Made by a program: the position numbers and the translations under genes. 64,000 nucleotides of DNA from Diplonema japonicum (taxonomy: Eukaryota; Protista; Euglenozoa: Diplonemea). The stretch covers positions 1 to 64,000 of the forward strand of contig OZ025653.1 of NCBI GenBank assembly GCA_964019335.1, in the 5' to 3' direction. The notes under the pieces were generated by a model, which did no database searches, had not been told where the DNA came from, and was given only the letters and a program-made list of their open reading frames with translations. Below are positions 46,502 through 59,622 of this stretch, piece after piece; position 1 is the stretch's first letter; each line of letters opens with the position of its first letter.

Positions 46502-49015
46502 TTAACGTGAAACAAGGGGAAATACGGGTGCACGTGCGTACGGACCGTTAAGGCTGTCCCAGTACTTTCTCTTCTCGGCGGCGATCTTTCGATGCATGGC
46601 CTCCTCTTTGCCCCTTTCCGATACAAGGTGCCTCCGGAATATCCGTTGGCGCCTTGCTGCTTCTACCTTAACAGGGTCTGGCTGGCTCCTGCTCGTCTTC
46701 TCCAAGGTGACAGTCAGGCGGAACATCTCATCCTTCATTGCATTGTCAACGTTCTCCTGTACACGGTGTCGTGCGATCTTCTTTAAGAACTCGTCTCTTG
46801 GAAGAATCTCGTGATCCCGCACTACAGGCAACAGCCTCGACAAAGAGTCCGTGCTAGGCTTTTTAAGAGAGGGAGCTGGCTTCCTGTTGTGCTCTAGCAC
46901 TGATTGACTCATATTGAGGCCTTTTCTGCTGACCACCCAGTTCGCCAACTGTGCCGTATAAAAGGCTGTCTCCAACACCTCGGTGTCATGTATGGTGCAA
47001 CCCAGAAGCTTATTAAATGTTAGGGAAAGGTGCCGCAGCTCGTTACGAACCAGAAGCCGTTGGGCCACTCCCTGCAGCTTATGTACCCTCTGTTGCAGTA
47101 CTGCGTTTAAAGAGAGTCGTCTGAAGAACCTCTCCCTCAAAACTCTCATATTCCTCACGCACAGCATCGCGGCCTGCACGTCATCTAGCCTGCCCCTGTG
47201 ACACCTCGAGGCATACAGCATCAGCAGGAAATAATACCTATACATCAAATATCTCCCTCCCCGCATCTGAATGCTCATCAAACCCGCTGTTCGTAAGTTG
47301 CGCTGCTTTAAGGAATCGCAGTCTGTGTACTTACCTAGCATAGCCCAATATGTTTTCAACTGCTTTTTATCTATCTCGGTACTTGTCAGCATCCTCCTTA
47401 CGAACAGCTTATCATCTGCAGATATAATATTCAGCATAGCCTACCATGGTGTCTCCAAAAAAAAAAACGGAAAAGTACATACAACAAGACCCGGGTATCT
47501 TCCATGGGGCAGTCTGGGGAGCGACCGGAGCAAGAGCTGCATCCCATTAAAGGGGTGCTTTGGCATGTTACTTAGTGCTTGCTGCACTGAGCGGTCAGCT
47601 AGAGAAGCTTTTAGAAGCGAAGGGTGTGGTTGACAGTTATCACTCGCAGCATTTACTATAGTGCTGAGGCCCACATGTCCTCCATGCCAGTTCGTCTCCA
47701 GTAACACGGGCCGCATAGCACCATTATGAACAGTCACCACGCTGCCTTCATACCGCAAAACGAAATAGGACACCGCCCTGAAGCCCTCAACCACACATCG
47801 GAACTGATACAAAGATGAAGCCTTGTCGCACACCTCGACAGCTGTCCCCCTTGAATAGAGCATGTGTCGGCACACTCCGCCTGTCTTTCTGGCAAACTTA
47901 CACCTCCCTCTGTAGCCTCGGTAGCACCGCTGTATCTTGAGAGCTGCTCGCCGTCGGGGCATAGGAGGTCTTGGCAAGGGAATAGATGGAGGCAAGGAAG
48001 GGTTTATAACTATTCCGTTTGTCACGTATTCTGAGTACAGCACCCTGTTCGACAGGTGCATCCGTCCCACCCTCTGTAGTACATCAACTCCGCAAGGCTG
48101 ATGAGCCTCTAACAGGGAGCTCGGTAAAGGCACTGACGGTGGAAGCTCATACTGCCGGGCAGACCATGTATTACCTACTGCCAAGAATGCGAAAGCTTCG
48201 ATTTCTTGCCTTTCCAACTGCTGTTGATGGCTGATGCCGAGTCTGCATTCACGCTCTTCCGGAAGGTTGGGTGTGGTCTCATGAACATGCTGTACCTCAG
48301 GTGATGACGGCTGAGGGCTATGTGGCAACTCGTAGGGCAAAGCTAGCGGAGAATGCACAACATTCTCATGTTGATGGTCAGGTAACTCGAAATCTGGCCT
48401 AACACACTTTCTGATCTTCCTCCGTTGCTGTCGGTAGGGATTATAAGACCGATGTCCGCGTGACCTTGGCACACCTGGCTGCAGGAGACTCCGCCTGAAG
48501 TCCTTGAAGGGGTCACTCACTCCAATGGAAAGCACATCCCTGATTGCGCACGAGAGGGCCTGCGAACACTCATGTACATGTTGCATGTCAGGAGGGCCTT
48601 CCGTGGGCTGCTTTATCATGGCTTTGGCCTTTCCGAGGGCCTTAGTTCTTGGCCTAGTCGCGATCATATCTCGAAATGTATTGCTTTGTATCATCTCCAA
48701 CACAATCCGCTCATGCTGCTCAACCTCAATAAGTTTGAGCTTGTCCTTCTTGCTTCTGCTCGCCTGCAGATCTGCTTTCGCCTTCAGACGCAGGCGCTGA
48801 AGAGACTGCTCGTTATGAAATCGTAGAACGGTACTTATCACGTCCTTAAGCCTCTTCGACAGATGCCCTCTGGTCTTCTCTTCCTGCTGCTCGACAATGC
48901 CCCGCCGCATGTGCTGTAGCGAACCCAACAGGAGTCGCTGAAGGTGGTGGAACTCATCGACTTCTGTCTTAGAGTGCTTCCTTCCATTCAGGAAAACCGC
49001 ATAGCTAACGTCCAT
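46502..49015 (-). CDS. Hypothetical IQ-motif protein
   Basis: AALKIQRCYRGYRGR. A GTATG..TAG intron near 47441-47482 joins the two ORFs in frame. Confidence 0.65.
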
Positions 49016-49115
49016 GGCATCCTGTGACGCAGTAGCTGAAAAGACGCACTGTGATGGGAGAAATGCTGCAATCCACCAATTTAAAATGCATTAACTACGT
49101 AACGATACAATAAAT

Positions 49116-50074
49116 CTAAACTAGAGAGGAATAAGTAATGATCTCTTTCAAGGCGTCGTCACTCCGGTGGAGGTACCCATCAGAGGAAGCGCATCTCTTC
49201 CGCTTTCTTTCGTGTAGCACATCATGCCCCTTAATCTCCAGTACCTTCGCAACGACGGATGAGGCCACACAGCCTTCGCTGTCGATGTCGTCTGCTGTAC
49301 CGGAGCCGCTGTCGGAGTCTTGCAGCATGTCGAGTTCTCTAGCTGAGACTTCTCTCCTCCAGTAGTCGGGATCAGTCCCCAGCTCGCAATACTCTTGCCG
49401 GCTTTTGCCAGCTTCATCAAAGGCCAGCACTTCGGCTTTCCAGTAATCAGGGTCCATCCCAGGCACCTCCTGTATGACCGCCTGCGGTGATTAAACTACA
49501 ACTTGTGCATACCCTCCGCCAAAAACTGGGGTCCTGCGAATTCTTTGTGCGTTGTTTTTCCTTTGCGGACCGCTGCCGTTTGGTCCTCCGGTTCCCCCGC
49601 CGCAGCTCCATCTCAAAGGCGGACCACACGTGTTTCGGGTCAGCTTTCAGATGCTGCACCTGTGTAATGACTCGCGGAATGCATGTGACATACCCCTTCA
49701 GGGCAGAAAGTGTTGTCGTACTCATGCAGCCATTGCCGCCACATCTGTATCCGCTTCGAGAAATCCCTTTTCGACAATGTGATGGGGTGAGGGGGGGTCT
49801 TCCAGCCATGAGGGGGCTTATTATCCGTAACTATGAATGACAAATAGTTCGTAAATGCCTCAGACGACCAACCAAGTAGGATCTGCTTGCACCCTGGGCG
49901 TAGCCTGTTTTGTTTTGCTTCGCTTTCTTCAGTCTTCGATAACCCCTGCGGGATGGCATCCGTGTATGGGTCAGCACCCATCCATTTGTCAACCATCTTC
50001 CTGCCAATGGCACGCCATGGCTCCTCAAACGTGGCCAGTAAAGCTGTTAAAGCGTCGTTGAGCTGGCCTTCCAT
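49116..50074 (-). CDS. Histone stem-loop binding protein (SLBP) RNA-binding-domain protein
   Basis: KQILLGWSSEAFTNY..KTPP..SKRDFSKRIQMWRQWLHEYD matches the SLBP RBD pattern KQIxxGKxTxxYxxY..TP..SxRxWxxxIxxWxxxLHxxD. Two short introns. Confidence 0.7.
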
Positions 50075-50207
50075 GTGGACTGGTGGTGGTAAAGACAATG
50101 AAAATGCTTAAAATCTGCTTAATATAATACATTGTTAAAAAGATCAGGGTGTAAATGTTACAAAACACATTCTCTGGAGTCTTGCTTGCGCACGGGAAAC
50201 AGAAGGG

Positions 50208-51840
50208 TTATGATTCAGCCATCTCCAGTTGTTTCTTGTAGTACTCGTATTTAGGATCGGAGGCATTGCGTTTAAGGACATGAAGAACAGGTCCTAGGCA
50301 CAGCTCGAAGTGCCTCCTGTTGATCTTTGCCGTGCGGACGAAAGTGACAGCCTTAACATCTGCGACGCACTTATGATTGTTTAGGAACTCGAGCTCCCCG
50401 AAGTGGTCGCCTTCAACGAACTCGCAGACCTTGTAGGGCTCGCCGGTTTCTGACCTGCCGACCACCTCCACGGTTCCCTGGACAACCAAGAACATCCACT
50501 CTCCATCGTCACCGTAGCGTATGATGCTGTCTCCTTCATCCCATTCATCAGAAGACAGCGCATCCGACAGCTGCAGCTTCTCGTTGGGTGACAACGTAGC
50601 TAAGAACTGCACCCGCGACAAGTACTCTTCGTACTCCTTTCTCTTCTTCACCTGGCTTGCAATTACGATGTTCGAATACGTAGCCCTATCCAATGTCCAT
50701 GTCACGCACTCATTACTATCCACCTGCACTGTCGCCACACAAGGCGTGTCATACATCAACTCCAGCTCTCCAAACACACTCCCTTCCTCCTTCTTCGCAA
50801 CGCACACACCCTTTTTGAGGACGTTGCACGTCCCCTTCGTGATTATGTATAGCTTGTCCCCTTGATCGCCCTGTTTCAGCGCCTCATCGTCCTTGCGGTA
50901 CCTCCTTTGCATCATAGCGCCGACGCAGGACTTCAGAGATTCACGGCCAAGATGGCTGAACAGAACGATTCCCTTGAGAAGCTCGGTTAGCTTTTGCTCC
51001 TGTTAAAAGGATATAATTATCATCATATCACATACATCCTCTGGTTCCTTGGGGTAGTAAGGAGGCTTGAATTCCTTCGCTGCATCAGGGTCGTTGCGCG
51101 AGCCCATGACCTGTAAGTGGCGTGTACAATTCTCAGCTAGCTTACCGTCTTTTTCCGCTTCCCACCACCGATGCCACCTAGATCGGGTGCCTTTTCCTTA
51201 GGTGGCGCGAAAGTGGCATTGCCGAAGGCATCATCTTCATCGCCGTCTGCGAAGTCCCTTTCGTCGTCAACGTTCCCCTGATTCTGTTTCTCCCAGAAGA
51301 TCTAATGCAGATGATGATTGGCGGTGCGAATACCTTGAGGTTCTTGTCGCACTTGCTAGCTATGTGGTCGATGAGGTCGATGTCTATCCGTGTGTCGTCA
51401 AGAGTGATCCCGACGATCTGTAAGCATTGTGATGCATGAGGGCATACCCTTTCATTTGAATTGGCCAAGTGCAGCAGCTTCCTTCCAGCAAAGTTAGAAA
51501 GTGGGTTCCCTGACAGGTCCAGCGACGTGATTGTGGGGTGCGTCTGGGCAACATCGACTACCCTATCCACAATCTCATTCCCTTTGATGCTGTCAGGCGA
51601 CAGGTCGGTGTTATATATCTTCTGTGCAGAGAGACCTATTTTGCGAAAGTTTGGCGCTTTCTCAATTACATCCAGCAACGCCATAATCCCCCTGTTCCCT
51701 ATGTACACATCGTCGAGCTCTACCTCTTCCAAGTCCTCGAGGTTGTTCTCACCCTCGAAGATCTTCTTCGCAGCTGACGACGGCTTCTTCATCCCCCTCT
51801 GTAAGCATGACTGGCTGAACACCTCCGTTGCGGAAGGCAT
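50208..51840 (-). CDS. PKAR: Protein kinase A regulatory subunit, kinetoplastid type (LRR N-terminus plus 2 CNB domains)
   Basis: LRR-like N-terminus, inhibitor site KRKKTV, CNB cassettes FGELELMYDTPCVATV and FGELEFLNNHKCVADV. Confidence 0.92.
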
Positions 51841-51905
51841 CGCGAGTAACCTGAGTGGTAACGGTGCAAGTGTGGTACGGGACTACAATCTAATACAACA
51901 AACTA

Positions 51906-54794
51906 CTATAAACATCTAGAGCTACGGCGCGACATCTCGTCTATGATCGAGTCCACGCTAGCCGTGCCTTTTTTAATCTCATCAAGGGACGGACCATCTT
52001 TTAAAGCCGATGAGCGTCTCTTGAACGAACTGAAGTTGGATATTGTTGACTGCAAACTAGTGCTCAGAACACTGTTAGTGCGGCTGCGAAGAACATGCGA
52101 TATGGGCCGCGTGTTACCTGCCAAAGTGGGACTGAGCTCCTGTTGTGCTGGCTCAGCTTGCAGATCGGGAACAAATGGTGTCTCCGAAGGCTGGAGAGCA
52201 GGAGGCGGAACGTTTGCAGTATTTATACCACCCAAAGACTCTAAAAGAGGGCTCACAACACTCCCAGGCGTTTCATAAACACGGGGAGTCACAGCTGCCT
52301 GCTCGGGAGACATGGGTGACAGCGATTCCAGAGTCCCGTCATGAGATAGGCTCCTCTTCCTCAGTTGCGGCGACACATTCATCATGATCTCTAGCATCCT
52401 CTCTTGGCACCACTTCACCTCTTCCTCATTGCCTTCGTGAGCCGCCCTTTCCTTCCTTCTCTGCATCTGGATAAGCTCATCAGGTATCGCTGCAGCTATT
52501 TGCGAAAGAGCCATTTGTTTTCGCTCGCTTGCAGTAGGGGACCTTGGTCGCGGCTCTTCATTCTGATAATCTTGTATCCGCTGAATCAGTATCTCCTTTG
52601 ACCCGTACTCCTGTAGCCCGTGCATCTTCGCCATCTCTTGCAAGTCATGCAGCGACACGTTTGCGTTAACTGTCGATGCTGATCTGTCCTCTGAGCAGCG
52701 TGCAGCCATCTGCATTTCAAGCAGCGCTTCTTCTTCCCGTAAGCGCAGGAGCCTCTCTTGTATCTCTTCCGCCTGCCGCAGCTCTTCAAGACTGTCATCC
52801 GCTACGTTGTAAGGGAAGCTGGGTACCTCCATCTCCTGCGGTTCATCCCTTTGCTCTACAGGAGTCTCCTGCCTTTCTTCGTTCCATGTGAAGATAACCT
52901 CACTATGAGTCTCCTGTTCTGTTGCCGCGGACCCCTCTGCAGTCTCAGCAGGTGTCCCTAATAAGTCGAGGATGGGCGGAGTTGGATCGTGCAAGCTCGG
53001 CTGCGACGACGACGCGGTTACGGAGTCTGCAGACTCCGACGGCGGCAGAGGCACTTCGTTGGGGACACGGAGAAGCTGCTTGTAGGAGGTGTCGATGTCT
53101 AAAGACGGTTTGCTGTCCATCTTCATCCTTCGCAGTTCTCCTTCTAGGTCCTCCGTCACCACCTTGGTAGACGGCTGGTAGTAATACTTGTGCCCTGTAC
53201 GTAGATTTCTGACCACTACCCATGCACCTGTCTGCAGTGCGTGAATCATCTCTTCGCTTTCCTGTTCTCTCTTCTCACTGGCCGAGTCCTTCTCAGTGTC
53301 TGAGTGCGAATCGGTATTTGATGATTCCTGCACGGAGGAAGTCTCAGGAACATCCATGCCCCGCAGAACCTCTTCGGTGAGCTCCCTCACCGCCCGCCCC
53401 GATGTCTGGTGGTAATAGAAAACACGGCCCTTCTTATCTTCACACTCTTTCCATTCACGACTGAGCTCCTGCAGACGTTTATCCTGCTGTGCAACCCGTT
53501 CTGACGAGGCGCTCTCCTCATCTTCCCACTCATCAATCTCCTGCACGTGTGGGAGCCGAAGCTCCGGAGCTGTTACTACGTGCACATCAGAGTTGCACAC
53601 CACCTCAATACCTGAATCCTCACGTAGCTTGAGCACCTTGCATGGGAACCACTCCGTGCCAATCAGTAGCTCTCCAAAGTCACCCACAGACCAATTCCTA
53701 ATCTCGGGTGCTTCTCTTATTTCTTTTAAAACACTCGGGGGCAACAATCTTTCATTTGCCTTCTGTGTGATGTGCCTTGTAACCTTCGCAGGCATCAGTC
53801 TTGTTACCATAGTGCGCATAGTATCCACGAGGAGCTTTACTTTTTCGTGAGTGTTATCTTGCCACATGTGAAGCACTTCCACACCCCCGTTGCTAGTGAA
53901 AATATGCATCCTGCCTATTAACGAGTTTATCCCGTGCCCGTCGCTGACGGACGATAACCTCTTTGACGTGACTTCTGAAGGGGTCCCGACACCAAAGCCA
54001 AGCTTCTGAAGTTCCTCTTCGTGCAGTGATGTGCTATCGTGTTCTGTACCGCTTTCGTCATCGACAGGCAGCTTCCGCCGTACTAACTTCACTCCTTTAA
54101 TCGGGTCGTACTCATCTTGTGCCAGTAGGTGCAGCAGGTGGTACAAAATGGCAATGAGAAACTGAGGCACCATCTATGAAGGATTGGAGTGCGGATAGTG
54201 ACATACCTTCAAGCAGCCGTCATGCAGCATGCTAATCGTGTAGATGATGTCGTCTTTCAACGGATTGCACTTGTGGAGGATGGACGTCATGTACAACCAA
54301 TCGTCGGGCTTCAGCGTGCAATTCTCAACACACATGAACACTGTGTCACCAGCCTCTTGCGTCTTGGAAAGACCCAAGAGTGCTAACGCTTTTCGTATGT
54401 AAGCGCGCACGTACCCCTTCCGGCAGTCAATAGCCTTCTGTGCATCTGAGAGGGCAAGGGCATAGTTCCCAAGTGGCAGATTAGCTGACGCCCTGTTCGT
54501 GTAGAAAACATGTTGTAGGTGTATGTCCTGTGCTGACTGCTGTGCCTCCTTGACACCCTGTGTGTACGACTGCGCAGACCAAGCAAAGTCATCGTTCACG
54601 AACCTCTTGTTCCCCGTCCACCTTAACCTCATCCCGTCACTAGGAAGTGTGTCAGCCACAACGTGAGGGACTGCCTCAGCCCAGCGGACCGTGTCCAGCT
54701 CGCATCTATTGCCTTCCTTGTCCTTGCTCACCTTGTTCCTCCATTTTACGATCTCGGGCTCTTTCCAGAGATCTTCTTCGCACCCTGGCTTCAT
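51906..54794 (-). CDS. TPR plus WW domain protein
   Basis: TPR segment YTNRASANLPLGNYALALSDAQKAI. WW-like WKECEDKKGRVFYYHQTSG and WVVVRNLRTGHKYYYQPST. A 33-nt intron near 54174-54206. Confidence 0.75.
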
Positions 54795-54854
54795 TCTAAC
54801 CTGTACGGCATTATTGCATGCAGAGATCTAAGCAACTCAAAAGCACTCAATCGA

Positions 54855-56654
54855 TTAACCGCCTTCAACAGGCTCCTGAGCAACCGGGCGTTGTGCCGTC
54901 GAGGGAGGCACACGGCCAGCGTACCCACGAAGGATATTATCACGCAGCTGATGTAGGGTCGATATTTTAAGGCACATACCTCCTCATCGAAGGACAGATC
55001 TGCGTACGCGTGCTGCACCCTCATAAGGGTATGCATGTCCTCAATAGACTTGTTGATGTAAGGGATCTGCCTCTCCATGTCCTGTTGTTGTGACTAAGAA
55101 ATAGGCGGCACACCTCCAGAGTTCGTCGCAGGGCGTCCTCCGCTCTTTGCCGGGCCTCACTACTAAAATCTAGGAAGCAGTCTAGTCTTCGCTGGTCAGA
55201 GACCTGCTGGAACCTCGGATCATCTTTCAGAATGCGCTTTACGTCCTCCCAATCTGTGCAACGGTTATCCTGGGAAGCAACATACCTGACTTATACGTGA
55301 TCTTAACAGGGTAAAGATCGAACATCAGCTTCACAAGAAGCGCACAGCGCTCGCTTTCAAGCGACTTGATGTAAGCTTCGTAGATGTCGATCCTAACCTT
55401 CGACGGGACAGCATCAGCTATCGCTTCATACTGGGAGTCCTGCTTCATGATGGCACGCGCTTCCTTGTATGGAATCGAAAACTTAATGTGATGGCTTACA
55501 AGCGCGCGGAACATGTCCTTCGCATCGCTACCTTCCTTACACATCTCACGCACCCTGTCAACGTGTCTTCCCACCTTTGCAGCTTCCCTCCTGTGAACAA
55601 CCTCCAATGCTCGCAACGCCTCCTTCTCCCTGTCCTCTTTCTGAGCGGTTGCACTCCAGTACTCTTCAAACCACTGCTCGGGCATCGCCCAGCTGATCTC
55701 TATATTCTCGCCATTTCGAATCTGCTCCTTCGCCTCCTCCCAGCGTCTGCTCAAGCCTTTGATGGACTTTAGTAGCTTCATGAATGATGTCTTCTGCTCC
55801 TGCGATCTGGTTCCTTCCTTCCTGATCTTCTCAACATGTGCTTCAAACATATCTTTCCTCCACCTGGGGCCAATAGCCTTCAGGCGAGGATCGCTTCTGT
55901 AGGTCTCGAGGAACTTCTCGTACTTCATGGGTTTGGTAACACATTGCAGCAGCGTGTCGAACCCGCCGCTCACCTTTGCACTTGACTGAAGCCCTTTCTT
56001 CGCTTCTTGCTTTTTAGCCTCTTGCTTCTTCGTGTGTTGTTCTTGCATAAAGTCAGAAAAGGCCCTCTTCCTGTCATCCATTGTGGAAAGAGACTTGTAC
56101 CTTGTATCATAAAGAATCTTCGGGATGATGGACTGGAGGGTAGCGTACTGCGGTAGGTTAAGCTCTGCAAGCATTTCTTTAAATTGCACAGCACGCTCGC
56201 TGTAGTCGTCTGTGCTTTCCTCTATTGGGGTGGCTGTTGCAACCGTTGCGTCCGTGGCCCCATCGGCCATCACATCGAAGCGCCTTTTCTTTGTGGGCGG
56301 GTCTGCTGAGCCTTCTGTTCTGACCTCTTGTGCAACTGGAGGCGCGGCATCAGCAGGGACAGGAAGAGGAGGCAGCTCGGAACCGGGAGCCTCCCATTGC
56401 GTGGTCCCCGTCTGCTCATTGTACCAGTATAACTTCCCCTCATTCTGTATCTGCCGCCATGGGGATGCAGCAGGTGCAGGAACGGACGCTGGCATAGCGG
56501 GCACGAACACAACCTGGTCCATGTCCATAGGAGGCACGGCTGGTATCCATTGCGTCTCCCTTGTGATGCTATTGTGGTAGTAAGACCTACCGGCAGAGTC
56601 ATTGTACCGAGCCCATGCTGCGTAGATCTGCCCTTTCGTAACCTGCATGGTCAT
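54855..56654 (-). CDS. PRP40/TCERG1-like WW plus FF domain protein
   Basis: Two WW domains and FF repeats (FKEMLAE..DTRY..RKRAFSDF). Three short introns extend the frame to TAA at 54855. Confidence 0.85.
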
Positions 56655-56736
56655 ATTCCCATGTCTGTGAAGTGATAAAAAGTGGCACGCTGCGATAACA
56701 ACGAAAAGCCTGTAAAGGCGTCGACTGAATACTCTA

Positions 56737-57291
56737 TTACTGTTCATCCCCATCGTCGATGTACCCCAGCACAGGGTTCACACATTTCTTCGCTTCGAAC
56801 AGCCTCTTGCCATGCTTGTGCCGTGACACAGGTGCTAAATTGAAGTACGGAATGTTACTACCGGTTGTGTCCTTCATTACATTCACTTTTACAGTGCTAA
56901 TGGTACTACCGTCAGCAACGATGTCTTTACTAAGTAGGCTAACCTCGGAGGGACTCAACTTTGCAAATAGTTGCTGCTGGCGTGACCTCAGGCTAGCAAT
57001 CACCGTCTCCGTCTCTTTCCGAGCATCCTTTTCAAATGACAGCTTATTTTCAAGCTCCTTGACCTTTGAGAACCTTCTTACAAGTGACACCGCAGGTCCC
57101 TCTGTCGGGAGTCGGCTGCTCGCTGGTGGGGCTGGCAGAGCAGCCAGTTGCTTTGCTTTCTTGAACCTTACCCTCGGAAGTGCAATAGTAGCAATAGGAG
57201 GTGCCTCAACTACAGGTGTGCCGTGTGGCAGGAAGCGATGTGCCCCCGGCCTAACCTCCGTCACATTGATGACAATAGCAGGCCCCTTCAT
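56737..57291 (-). CDS. Hypothetical protein
   Basis: First ATG at 57291 in the 212-aa ORF. Confidence 0.5.
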   Translation of the reverse strand: MKGPAIVINVTEVRPGAHRFLPHGTPVVEAPPIATIALPRVRFKKAKQLAALPAPPASSRLPTEGPAVSLVRRFSKVKELENKLSFEKDARKETETVIASLRSRQQQLFAKLSPSEVSLLSKDIVADGSTISTVKVNVMKDTTGSNIPYFNLAPVSRHKHGKRLFEAKKCVNPVLGYIDDGDEQ

Positions 57292-57362
57292 GAGATTGGT
57301 TACATATGTGTCCTTCAGAATGTCGTGTGTTCGGGTGTTTACTGAAGCAACAAAAGTAAGAT

Positions 57363-57932
57363 CTAAGATCGACACAAAGTGAGTGCTGTGTCTATGGCAG
57401 CAGCGCCATTCACCAGCAGCATCGACAAGGCTTTGAGAGGCCCCCCCCCAACTGTGGGTGATAGTCTCAGGACCGGCGACTGCAGCAGCTCAGTCAAACG
57501 AGCGATGTTTACACCCGTCGCGTCGCCCTGATCTTCGTTAACTACTACTATTATTTTGTCAGCAGGGATGCCAGCACTCACTGCCGCATTCACGAACGTA
57601 CCCAACTCAGCGAACCCTGCCTTGTCCTCCGACCACACCGCAACAACTGCGGCATCGAACTGCCCGCCTGCGTGGTTCGTCGGGTCTGCCCAATCGAACT
57701 TCCCCCTTGCGACGCTGCCTGTCTCCCAAAGATGAAGGACGACCTCCCTGCCTGAGACCTGAGCTGATGCATACTTGCATTCTACTCCTGGAGTATCATA
57801 TGGCATTGTTGCTATAGGAAGCCCACACAAAGCATTGATTATCGCACTCTTACCACTACCCTTCTTCCCTGTGACCAGCACACGTATAACATCCTTGCCT
57901 CTTGCCTCTAACAACCCAAGACATTCCGACAT
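57363..57932 (-). CDS. Atypical small GTPase, CPLANE2/RSG1-like
   Basis: P-loop GKKGSGKS, DTPGV, LHLWETGSVARGKFD. The subfamily call is tentative. Confidence 0.6.
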   Translation of the reverse strand: MSECLGLLEARGKDVIRVLVTGKKGSGKSAIINALCGLPIATMPYDTPGVECKYASAQVSGREVVLHLWETGSVARGKFDWADPTNHAGGQFDAAVVAVWSEDKAGFAELGTFVNAAVSAGIPADKIIVVVNEDQGDATGVNIARLTELLQSPVLRLSPTVGGGPLKALSMLLVNGAAAIDTALTLCRS

Positions 57933-57979
57933 TGCCTGCCTTAGTGAGTGATAGATAATCTTGTAAAATGCAAACACAA

Positions 57980-59455
57980 CTAGACCCCCATACGCAGCAA
58001 GTCAGCGGGCTTTGAATAAATCTCGCAGCCCGTTTGCTGATATGGTTCTACCCGTACGGTGGGGAAGGCAATTGATACCCTTTCGAAATACCGGAATACC
58101 GTTCTGAGCTTAGTAGCTGTCACTTGTAAGTCGGTAGAGTCTACATGAAGGATCACTTCGCTGCGGTCACTATTCGACAGAGCAGAGGCCTTCTGTACCT
58201 CTGGACGCTGCAGCAAGACAGCGATTAAGACGTTCCGTACGTCGTTGGGGCATGTCTCGCACCATGTGCCTGTTAACATGGGCTGCGAGGGCACTGCTGC
58301 CTCTGCTGTGTCACCTGTGACCCGATCGGCGAGCAAGTCAAATTCCCTCTCCGATGCATTTAGTGCCTTATTCTTGCGTTCCCTCAAGTGCTGCCTTCGC
58401 ATATCGATGTACATGTCTCTCTTGTCTTGGAAGTCGTTCCATGTCTCGCTTGTCTGCTCGCTGTTGGCCTCAGATAGAACGGGTGTGAACTCTGTCAGCT
58501 GCGTGGTTGTCTGGTACCGTTTCATGTGATCGCAAATGTCGTTCACGTCATCCTCATGCAGCATGGTCTCCGAAGACGTCCACTTGTTGAGATATACTGC
58601 CATCTCACCATGTTCCGTCTCTGCTTGAACCCAAGCCATAACGTGCGCCATGGAGACCCCAATGTATGTTACTCTGTCAATCCCAGTGCTCTACGAAAGA
58701 AATGTAATATAATAAAATGCATACCTGCAGAAATGGGTGCTCCGTTGCCTCATTTAAAAGGCGTGTGTCTGTGAACAACGAAATAGAAGCTGAGCCTCGT
58801 TTATAGCTGTACTCGGGAGCCAATGTTCCAAGCTGCCTTTTCACCATCAGGCTGTCACCATCCTCTTTCTTATCAGAGTCACGTTCTGTGAAAAGGAGTG
58901 GCGAAAATGAGATGCTGCTGGGGAGCTCCACCCCAGACTTGTTGTACTTCATCGCTGCCATTTGGATCTCCGACTCCTTCAATGCCATTTCTGTCTCGCT
59001 CACAAACACGAACACAGGCCCCCTCACAAGCTCAGACAGTAGCCGTTGGTACCTTTCAGGGAGCGGAGACGAAAGATAGTCTTGCAGCAGCTTAGTAATG
59101 TGCGGGTTGCTTTTCGGCTGAAGTCTTGAACCTGAAACGAGAGCCGCGACCTTCTCTGCTGAAGTGTGCGAAAGGTGGTGGCTGTTTGCGTGATATGTCT
59201 TGTTCCGTGCAGCAGCATCTGCTTCTTGTGCACTCATTCCATGCAGCCTTCCTGCTGGATTGGGCTCATTAGGATCGATGTGCCTTCTCGTGACACGCGG
59301 GCTATGTAACAATGAAGGACTGCGGCGAACTGTGCTACTGTCCGCTTTAACACCAGCCCTTCTGAAATTATACTGTCGGTTGTGTGCTGCATCAAGCGGC
59401 ATACCTTAGCCTCTACCGAGGCCGTCGCATAGCACCTCTTTAGGCATCGCCGCAT
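57980..59455 (-). CDS. Hypothetical protein with a mitochondrial-type presequence, 3 exons
   Basis: MRRCLKRCYA start; two GTATG introns join ORFs 58677-59402 and 57980-58651 in frame. Confidence 0.65.
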
Positions 59456-59622
59456 ATGATGCTGTTTATACATCCTGGAGGCATGAAGGATGGAGACAGT
59501 GGAAAGCAAATATCTGCTGCACAGTATGGAAATATAATGCAAATACAGTATGAACATTGGGACGAATGTAATAAACCAGGTCCCCTTCTCGGGGAGGGTG
59601 CTCGAAAAATAACTTAAGTACT

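Noticed and set aside
57363-57375. Apparent overlap between the small GTPase ORF and the next ORF
   Set aside because: The downstream ORF call uses a GTG start; its first ATG is at 57291, so there is no overlap.
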